Shown: positions 32,439 to 38,615 of the stretch, in pieces
Layout of the letters: each line of letters starts with the position of its first letter
Numbering within the stretch: the first letter of the stretch is position 1
Assembly: GCA_036517255.1 (NCBI GenBank)
Contig: DATDXE010000014.1
Span: forward strand, 75,994 to 114,608
Length of the DNA stretch: 38,615 bases
Reading direction: 5' to 3'
Origin: Minisyncoccota bacterium
GTDB taxonomy: Bacteria; Patescibacteriota; Minisyncoccia; Phycocordibacterales; WO2-35-19
Notes under the pieces: generated by a model
Seen by the model: only the letters and a program-made list of their open reading frames with translations
Told to the model about the DNA's origin: nothing
Database searches by the model: none
Program-made: the position numbers and the translations under genes

Positions 32439-32565
32439 GCGAAGCTTGCTGAAAGTAACTTTACCGAAGGCCGTAGTTTGATGAGGACGAAGGTGTCTGA
32501 GTCAGCAGACGAGGACAAGGATTTTCCTCCCCAGGCAAATTCTGCCAAGGAGGTAACTAACTACC

Positions 32566-32593
32566 AAAAAAGCCCTGTTTCAAGGGCTTTTTT
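32566..32593. terminator. Terminator with A-run and T-run flanks (bidirectional style)
   Basis: The sequence is aaaaaagccct gtttca agggctttttt. Confidence 0.7.
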
Positions 32594-32622
32594 GGTACCC
32601 ATATTTATCCCTATTTTTCTCC

Positions 32623-32651
32623 TTGACTTTATACCAGAATGGGTGTATAAT
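32623..32651 (+). promoter_or_regulatory. Consensus sigma-70 promoter
   Basis: TTGACT (32623-32628), a 17-nt spacer ending in GGTG, then TATAAT (32646-32651). It shares the 11-mer GGTGTATAATT with the promoter at 22453-22481. Confidence 0.6.
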
Positions 32652-32713
32652 TAAGAACAGAGATTAGTCCTAAGTTGTGCATTCTAAATTCAGAGGAAAG
32701 GATACGCAGAAAG

Positions 32714-33301
32714 ATGTTGCTGATAATCGAAGATACTTTGCGGCACCAGATGGCGGCCAAGACCCAGTTTCCGGAAGCCAAGGTCGTCAACTATGACGAG
32801 GCTTACAAGATTTTGGAGCAAGCTCAGCCGGGAGAAATTTCGGCTATTCTTACCGACCTGCATTTTAAGGTCGAGGTGAATCGAATCATTCCATCGGCTG
32901 GTTTCTACTACCCGGAGAACTTGGAGGCGATCGGTAAGCAATTGCCTTTCGGTCTCGCCTTCGTACTGAAGGGGATCGAGCTCCAGACGCCGGTAGTACT
33001 CTACAGCGATACCGATCATCATTCAGACCTCGTGACGGGGCTTATGGATATGTTCGGTCGCAATGACCAGATTTCCGATCCAAAGTTCTTGCTCCTACGC
33101 GATGGCGGATGTGAGATGGCCAAGGACATGTACTGGGACGGGAAAGGGATCGTCTGCGAGGAGCTGCCATCTTGTGCGGGAGGTTCCCATGAGATTTGGG
33201 AACAGTATCATGAGAAGATGAAGGGCAAAGAGAAAGTCAAGGACTGGCGACACGCTCTCAATCAACTCTCGGAACTGACGCAGAAATCCGCACCGGCCTG
33301 A
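32714..33301 (+). CDS. Orphan protein with a possible CheY-like receiver (flavodoxin-like) N-terminal fold
   Basis: MLLIIEDT, ISAILTDLHF and VVLYSDT resemble the REC beta1/beta3/beta4 acidic and Ser/Thr positions, with an insertion between them. There is no output domain. The ATG at 32714 after GAGGAAAGG is preferred over the TTG at 32675. Confidence 0.4.
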   Translation: MLLIIEDTLRHQMAAKTQFPEAKVVNYDEAYKILEQAQPGEISAILTDLHFKVEVNRIIPSAGFYYPENLEAIGKQLPFGLAFVLKGIELQTPVVLYSDTDHHSDLVTGLMDMFGRNDQISDPKFLLLRDGGCEMAKDMYWDGKGIVCEELPSCAGGSHEIWEQYHEKMKGKEKVKDWRHALNQLSELTQKSAPA

Positions 33302-33324
33302 CCAGCCACTCCCAATGGTCGACG

Positions 33325-33344
33325 GGCCCCACTTCGGTGGGGCC
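33325..33344 (+). terminator. Terminator hairpin
   Basis: ggccccac pairs with gtggggcc around a UUCG tetraloop. TTT follows. Confidence 0.65.
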
Positions 33345-33409
33345 TTTACTTAATAATCCTAAGGTTTCTCCTTAGGAAATTTTTGTAAAAGTGTTTTTGA
33401 TTTGATACA

Positions 33410-33637
33410 ATGGGAAACATGTTGACTACTAGTCTAAAAGGCATAAGAAATATAAAGAAAGTCGGTGATTTGCCGGCAGTCATTATTTCTTTGTCTGAAT
33501 ATGAAAATATGAGGGAAGATTTGGACGTACTTCACTCTAAGACTTTAGAAAGAAGTATAGAAAAAACTAGAAAGGAAATAAAAGAGGGCGGAGTAATTTC
33601 TCTGAAAGAAATAAAAAAAAGATTAAAGATCAAATAA
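33410..33637 (+). CDS. Type II antitoxin (Phd/YefM-like)
   Basis: The 75-aa protein contains LPAVIISLSEYENMREDLDVL. It ends 3 nt before the toxin gene. Confidence 0.7.
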   Translation: MGNMLTTSLKGIRNIKKVGDLPAVIISLSEYENMREDLDVLHSKTLERSIEKTRKEIKEGGVISLKEIKKRLKIK

Positions 33638-33640
33638 TTT

Positions 33641-33892
33641 ATGAAAGTTGAGTTTTCTAAATCAGCTTTCCGTGAATTAAAGAAGTTTCCGAAGGATATT
33701 CAGAAAAGAGTTATTAATAAAATTGAATTTTACTCTGAACAGAGTGATCCTCTGAAATTGGCAGAGCGTATGATTGATGTAAAGTTTGGGAGCTATAGAT
33801 TTAGAATTGGAGATTATCGGGTGATTTTTGATATTATAAAAGGTAATATTTTTGTTCTCAAAATAGGAAACAGAAAGGATATTTATAAGTAA
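33641..33892 (+). CDS. Type II toxin, RelE/ParE superfamily
   Basis: The 83-aa protein has a FRELKKFPKDIQKRVINKI N-terminus and YRFRIGDYRVIFDIIKGNIFVLKIGNRKDIY, the classic RelE/ParE C-terminal pattern. Confidence 0.85.
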   Translation: MKVEFSKSAFRELKKFPKDIQKRVINKIEFYSEQSDPLKLAERMIDVKFGSYRFRIGDYRVIFDIIKGNIFVLKIGNRKDIYK

Positions 33893-33894
33893 AA

Positions 33895-33920
33895 ACAAAA
33901 TCCCCAGATGGGGATTTTGT
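33895..33920 (+). terminator. Rho-independent terminator
   Basis: An 11-bp stem pairs acaaaatcccc with ggggattttgt. The loop is agat and TTT follows. Confidence 0.75.
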
Positions 33921-33952
33921 TTTAGGAGGTAAAGTGTGTAGAATGCACCCCT

Positions 33953-34531
33953 ATGCCAGAAGAGTTAGAAAGAATTTTTGGGAGTGGGGTAAGAGTAAAA
34001 TTGCTCAAGTTATTTTTGTTTAATCCTAATTCTTCATATTCTGGAGCAGAGGTGGCTGATAGATCCAAATCCACAATAAACTCAGTAAGGAGAGAAATGG
34101 GAAATTTAGAAAAGTCTGGATTGATTAGAAAATCTAAGATTTTGAAGAAAGGTAGTAGCACCTGGTCTCTCAATCAGAAGTTCCTATACATCAAAGCGCT
34201 AAACGATTTCTTCTCGTCCTCTGAACTTTTGGGTAATAAGCAGATAGTTTCTAAAATATCTAAGGTGGGGAAAGTGCAACTCCTTTTGATTTCAGGTATT
34301 TTTATCAAAAATCCTGAATCACGAGTCGATATTTTTATTGTCGGTGACAATTTCAAAAAAGGAGCGTTATCGAAAGTTATTGGTATTATCGAATCTGAAA
34401 TGGGTAGAGAAATACGCTATGCCTTTTTTACTACAAATGATTTTAAGTATCGTTTTGCCATGTTCGACAAGCTTATCCGCGATGTTTTGGATTATCCTCA
34501 TGAAAAAGTAGTAAACAAACTTAATATTTAA
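33953..34531 (+). CDS. Winged-helix (ArsR/MarR-like) DNA-binding protein with an uncharacterised C-terminal domain
   Basis: The N-terminus reads VRVKLLKLFLFNPNSSYSGAEVADRSKSTINSVRREMGNLEKSGLIRK. Confidence 0.5.
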   Translation: MPEELERIFGSGVRVKLLKLFLFNPNSSYSGAEVADRSKSTINSVRREMGNLEKSGLIRKSKILKKGSSTWSLNQKFLYIKALNDFFSSSELLGNKQIVSKISKVGKVQLLLISGIFIKNPESRVDIFIVGDNFKKGALSKVIGIIESEMGREIRYAFFTTNDFKYRFAMFDKLIRDVLDYPHEKVVNKLNI

Positions 34532-34632
34532 GCTTATCTCTTCTCAGATAAGGTATCCACATATTTTATTGCGTAAGTGTTCAAAAGGGCTATATTTTAT
34601 TGTGTAATTATAAGTAATTAATAATAATAGAT

Positions 34633-35319
34633 ATGACAGTAACAACATGGAGCCAAGTCCTAACCGATTCTTTTCAGGACTTATGGGTAGGGGTAATCGG
34701 TTTCGTTCCTAATCTTGTCGTTGCGATTCTCATTGCCGTTATTGGCTGGGCTATCGCCGCTATTTTAGGAAAGGTAGTTTCTCAAATTATCAAGTCTCTA
34801 AAGCTTGATGATGGTTTGCGTAAGGCGGGCGTAGAGGATTTTCTTACTCGTGGAGGTATAAGCCTAAACTCAGGTTCCTTCCTTGGGGGCCTAGTAAAAT
34901 GGTTTATTTTCCTAGTTTTCCTTGTCGCCGCTCTCGATGTTCTTAGTCTTGATCAGGTCACTGATTTCCTACGCAATATTCTTGACTACATTCCTCAGGT
35001 AGTCGTCGCTGTTCTTATTCTTCTTGCGGCTGGGATCATCGGTGATGTTTTGAAGAATATCGTTGTTTCCTCAGCAAGGAGTGCGGATGTAAAGTCTGCA
35101 GGATTCTTAGGTAGCGTTACCAAATGGTCTATCTGGATTTTCGCTATTCTTGTCGCTCTGACCCAACTTGGTATTGCCCCTATGATCATCAATACCTTGT
35201 TTACCGGATTTGTAGTCGCTCTCTCACTTGCTTTCGGTCTTGCTTTTGGCCTTGGTGGTCAGGAAGTAGCAGGTAAAGCAGTAGAAAAAATGAGCAAAGA
35301 ACTAGCTCATAAAGACTAA
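34633..35319 (+). CDS. Membrane protein with conserved TM-helix repeats (MscS-N-terminal-like)
   Basis: The unit (V/I)P(N/Q)(L/V)V.A(I/V)LI....G...A is repeated, there are four or more TM segments, and the tail is charged. Confidence 0.55.
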   Translation: MTVTTWSQVLTDSFQDLWVGVIGFVPNLVVAILIAVIGWAIAAILGKVVSQIIKSLKLDDGLRKAGVEDFLTRGGISLNSGSFLGGLVKWFIFLVFLVAALDVLSLDQVTDFLRNILDYIPQVVVAVLILLAAGIIGDVLKNIVVSSARSADVKSAGFLGSVTKWSIWIFAILVALTQLGIAPMIINTLFTGFVVALSLAFGLAFGLGGQEVAGKAVEKMSKELAHKD

Positions 35320-35350
35320 TAAGTATCTTTAATTTCCTTTAATTTAAAGA

Positions 35351-35384
35351 CCAAAAATCCCTTGAAAACTCAAGGGATTTTTGG
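35351..35384 (+). terminator. Perfect 15-bp hairpin terminator
   Basis: ccaaaaatcccttga pairs with tcaagggatttttgg. The loop is aaac. Confidence 0.7.
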
Positions 35385-35419
35385 TATCCACAGGATTTCC
35401 CCATAAATTAGCGCTAGAT

Positions 35420-35447
35420 TTGACAGGCTATTTTATATAAGTATACT
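35420..35447 (+). promoter_or_regulatory. Putative rRNA promoter
   Basis: TTGACA (35420-35425), a 16-nt spacer, then TATACT (35442-35447). It lies ~365 nt upstream of the mature 23S 5' end. Confidence 0.5.
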
Positions 35448-35523
35448 TGTTCCTGTACTTATGATGAATATAAAAAGGCTCAAACGGGATAAAAGATAGA
35501 AAACTATCGCGTTTTCTCTTAGT

Positions 35524-35549
35524 CCCGCGAAAGCGGGTTTTTTGTTCTC
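35524..35549 (+). promoter_or_regulatory. Hairpin plus T-run in the rRNA leader: either a terminator or a boxB-boxA-like antitermination element
   Basis: cccgc pairs with gcggg around a GAAA loop (35524-35537). TTTTTT follows, then TGTTCTC (35543-35549), which resembles rrn boxA (UGUUCUU...). Confidence 0.4.
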
Positions 35550-35604
35550 ATCGTAGGCACTGAACTTTGACAATAGCATGCCATCGCAATACGACTTTCT
35601 CCTA

Positions 35605-35621
35605 ATCCGCCAGCTGGCGGA
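35605..35621 (+). repeat. Family B mini-palindrome, copy B4, in the 23S leader
   Basis: atccgccagctggcgga has a perfectly palindromic core and differs by one C-to-T change from B1-B3. Half-arms resembling family A flank it (tttctcct ... gagagggagaggggtc). Confidence 0.7.
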
Positions 35622-35661
35622 GAGGGAGAGGGGTCTTTTCAGTATTGTAGGTGGATTGAAA

Positions 35662-35695
35662 ATCCTGATCCCGAACGTAAGTGAGGGAGAAGGGC
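35662..35695 (+). repeat. Family C intergenic motif, copy C2, in the 23S leader
   Basis: atcctgatcccgaacgtaagtgagggagaagggc shares the ATCCTGA...CGTAAG...GAAGGGC pattern with C1. Confidence 0.55.
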
Positions 35696-36073
35696 TAAGA
35701 AAATGTAAGAAAATGTAGGTTGCCGTATGGTTTCATACGGCAGGATAAAATAAAAAATCCCGCCTAGCTCGCAAGAGCGAAGTGGGAGAGGTTTTTAAAT
35801 TTCCTAATAGGAAATTTAAGGGCGTATGGTGGATGCCTTGGCTCCAATAAGGCGATGAAGGACGTAGCTTGTCTGCGATAAGCTTCGGGGAGGTGACTAG
35901 CAACCTGTGATCCGAAGATTTCCGAATGGGGAAACCCATCCTGACGTAAGTCAGGATATTTTACACTTGATGTAAAATGCGCACCCGGGGAAGTAAAACA
36001 TTTCATTACCCGGAGGAAAATAAAACAAAAGTTATTCCGTGAGTAGCGGCGAGCGAAAGCGGAGAAGCTCAAA

Positions 36074-36178
36074 CCCCCACTTCACTGTGTGCTTCGCACG
36101 ACAGTTTCGCGGGGCAAGCTCTTAAATTTAAGGGCCTGCCCCGCGGAACTCGAAGCGGAGCGTAGAGTGAAGTGGGGG
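36074..36178 (+). other. ~105-nt hairpin insertion/expansion in 23S domain I
   Basis: A 13-bp closing helix pairs cccccacttcact (36074-36086) with agtgaagtggggg (36166-36178). An inner helix pairs cgcggggcag with ctgccccgcg. The E. coli sequence as I recall it has no counterpart at this point (after GCGAGCGAA...). Confidence 0.7.
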
Positions 36179-36385
36179 GGTTGTAAGGCAGAGACGTTGT
36201 GTTTACACAAGAGAAGTTAAAAAATTATTTGTTAGAAGAATTTGCTGGAAAGCAAAGCCCCAGAGGGTAATAGCCCCGTAGTCGAAAATAAATAATCTTC
36301 TTTGTCTCTGTTCTTGAGTACCTCGAGACACGAGTAGCTCGGGGGAATCTGCCGGAACTAACCGGTAAGGCTAAATACTTATGGA

Positions 36386-36425
<40 letters not shown>

Positions 36426-37679
36426 TAGCCCGATGAGGGCGGTGAAATAGACCTGAAACCATATGCCTACAAGGAGTCGGAGCGGACGCGCAAGCGTTCC
36501 GTCACGGCGTGCCTATTGAAGAATCAGCCAACGAGTTAATGTATGCGGTTGCCTAAGGAGTGAACCTCTGGAGGCACAGTGAAAGCGAGCGTGAATAGCG
36601 CGAACTAAAATCGTATATATTAGACCCGAAGCCAGGTGAGCTTGCCATGAGCAGGGTGAAATGACTCGAAAGAGTCATGGAGGCCCGAACCCGTTCGTCG
36701 TTCAACGCGTTGGGATGACTTGTGGTAAGGAGTGAAAAGCTAATCGAACCTGGTAATAGCTGGTTCTCTCCGAAAGAGCTTTTGGGTTTGCGTCATATGT
36801 TCCCTTTGGGGGTAGAGCACTGGAAGGTCTGGACAGGGCGAAAGCTCGCTAGACCTATCAAACTCCGAATACCAAAGGTTAAAGTATGGCAGTTAGACGG
36901 TGGGGGCTAAGCTCCACTCGTCAAAAGGGAAACAGCCCGGATCTCAATTTAAGGTCCCTAAATCATAGCTAAGTGCACTCAAGGTGGTGGAATTTCAGAG
37001 ACAATGAGGAGGTTGGCTTAGAAGCAGCCACCCTTAAAAGAAAGCGTAACAGCTCACTCATTCAGAGATTCTGCGCCGAAGATAATCGGGGCTAAGCTAT
37101 GTACCGAAACTGAGGGCTTCTTTGTTCTTAGGAACGAAGGAGCGGTAGGAGAGTATTCCGCTCTGTTGTGAAGGCAAAGGGGTGACCCATGCTGGAACGT
37201 GCGGAAGTAAGAATGTTGGCACAAGTAACCGCAATGCAGGTGAAAGCCCTGCACGCCGAAAGACTAAGGTTTCCTTCGCGATGTCAATCAGCGAAGGGTT
37301 AGTCGGGCCTAAACCGATGGCGAAAGCCGAAGGTGATGGACAGTGGGTTAATATTCCCACACCTATATATGTAGTGATGGAGTGACGAAGTGCAGTATGC
37401 GAGGCGCATTATTGGATTTGACGTTCATGTTGTCAGAATACGATTCAGGAAAATCCGAGTCGTTCCGTTTAATCGGGCATTCAAGCAATGTGGCAATCCG
37501 GAGCTTCGGCAAAGGAGAGTTCGCAAAGCGCGCTTTCAAGAAAAACTTCTAAACTTATACATATATAGACCGTACCGTAAACCGAAACAGGTAGTCAGGT
37601 CGAGAAGACCAAGGCGAACGAGTGAGAGGTCCCCAAGGAACTCGGCAAAAAAGCGACCGTAACTTCGGGATAAGGTCTG

Positions 37680-37785
37680 CCCCCACCACTTTGGATGTTT
37701 CTAAAGTGGAGGGAGAGCAAGAAGAATCGAGACAAAATTAAAGCTCTCTATCACTAAAAGCACGAAGTGTCTAAAGTGGTGGGGG
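37680..37785 (+). other. ~106-nt hairpin at the variable helix (H63-like) of 23S domain IV, expanded relative to E. coli
   Basis: A 13-bp closing helix pairs cccccaccacttt (37680-37692) with aaagtggtggggg (37773-37785). The internal repeat ctaaagtgg occurs twice. Confidence 0.65.
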
Positions 37786-38615
37786 CCGCAGCTAAAGTAT
37801 CTCTGGCGACTGTTTACCAAAAACACAGCTCCCTGCGAACACGTAAGTGGATGTATAGGGGGTGACACCTGACCAATGCCAGAAGGTCAAACATCGACGT
37901 CTTTTTGTCGCAAGATGAAGAGGTGATTGATGTAAGCCCTGGTGAATGTCGGCGATAACTATAATCGTCCTAAGGTAGCGAAATTCCTTGTGTGGTAAGT
38001 TCACACGCGCACGAATGGTGTAACGACTGGAGAACTGTCTCGGGGACCCGCTCGGTGAAAATACAATACCGGTGAAGATGCCGGTTTCCTGCAGTTAGAC
38101 GAAAAGACCCCAGAAGCTTTACTGCAACTTGGCATTGAGGGTATGTTTTTACTGCGTAGCATAGGTGGCAGAGGTTATGTGCATGGTTTCGGCTGTGTAA
38201 TACTCGTCAGTGAAATACCACTCTGTATTGACATACTTTCTAACCTCCGCGGAAAAAACGCGAAGAGACAGTGCCTGGTGGGCAGTTTTAGTGGGGCGCT
38301 ATCCTCCTAAAAAGTAACGGAGGAGTCTATTAAGGTCAGCTAGCCGTGAATGGAAACCATGGCGATAGTGTATAGGCACAAGCTGGCTTAACTGCGAGGC
38401 GTGAGTGCCGAGCAGATGCGAAAGCAGAGCTAAGTGATCCGATCGTACGCGTTAGACGCGGCGAAAGCTCATCTGACAAAAGCTACTCTGGGGATAACAG
38501 GCTGGTACCGCCTAAGCGTCCATAGCGACGGCGGTGTTCGGCACCTCGATGTCGGCTCACCTTATCCCGGGGGTGGAGAAGCTCCCAAGGGTTTGGCTGT
38601 TCGCCAATTAAAAAG

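Noticed and set aside
31952-32548. A 198-aa minus-strand ORF, plus the 31402-31816 minus-strand ORFs, antisense to rplL and rplJ.
   Set aside because: The plus strand encodes clear L10 and L7/L12 proteins. The antisense translations are Ser/Ala-rich artefacts.
32439-32560. The G+C-rich spacer after rplL, with small hairpins (gtctg...cagac, ggca...tgcc), as a possible sRNA or gene remnant.
   Set aside because: It has no ORF, no strong structure and no recognisable motif. It cannot be distinguished from a 3' UTR preceding the terminator at 32566-32593.

Overview
The window looks like a streamlined, fairly low-GC bacterial genome. My guess, by inference only, is a Patescibacteria/CPR (Parcubacteria-like) organism. 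The reasons are miniaturised housekeeping genes, many secreted or surface proteins, and a 23S rRNA gene with no 16S upstream.

Gene content, in order:
- + strand: ileS, a short recO-like gene, a membrane-anchored hypothetical, glyQS, a primary-like sigma-70 gene followed by two orphan genes, an M16 peptidase, an AI-2E (PerM) permease, metG, two orphan genes, tatD, and a large secreted SH3b plus glycosidase-like protein.
- - strand: a TraB/GumN-like gene.
- + strand: rpsF-ssb-rpsR and a small membrane protein.
- - strand: efp.
- + strand: an orphan gene.
- - strand: the operon ftsK, small anchor protein, recA, coiled-coil protein.
- + strand: a wHTH regulator, a surface protein with a PG-binding domain, a PKD/LTD protein, rplJ-rplL, an orphan REC-like gene, a Phd/RelE toxin-antitoxin pair, a wHTH gene, and a TM-helix-repeat membrane protein.
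- The 5' ~2.8 kb of a 23S rRNA gene, which runs off the window end.

I saw no tRNA, CRISPR array, transposase or reverse transcriptase.

Most interesting observations:
1. An apparently intact histidine-phosphatase domain is nested inside the IleRS catalytic core.
2. At least three families of short palindromic repeats are present. Two of them are inserted in-frame into essential genes (metG, tatD, glyQS twice, and a decayed copy in rpsF). They also occur intergenically and in the 23S leader, which resembles Rickettsia palindromic elements.
3. The sigma-70 gene carries an extra C-terminal sigma-region-4/LuxR-like HTH. This HTH recurs as a free-standing paralog about 1.5 kb downstream.
4. Several G+C-richer orphan gene cassettes each carry their own near-consensus promoter and hairpin terminator, and sit between housekeeping genes.
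5. Two ~105-nt hairpin expansions with similar closing helices lie in the 23S rRNA.

All calls come from reading the translations and the sequence by eye. No database search or computation was run.
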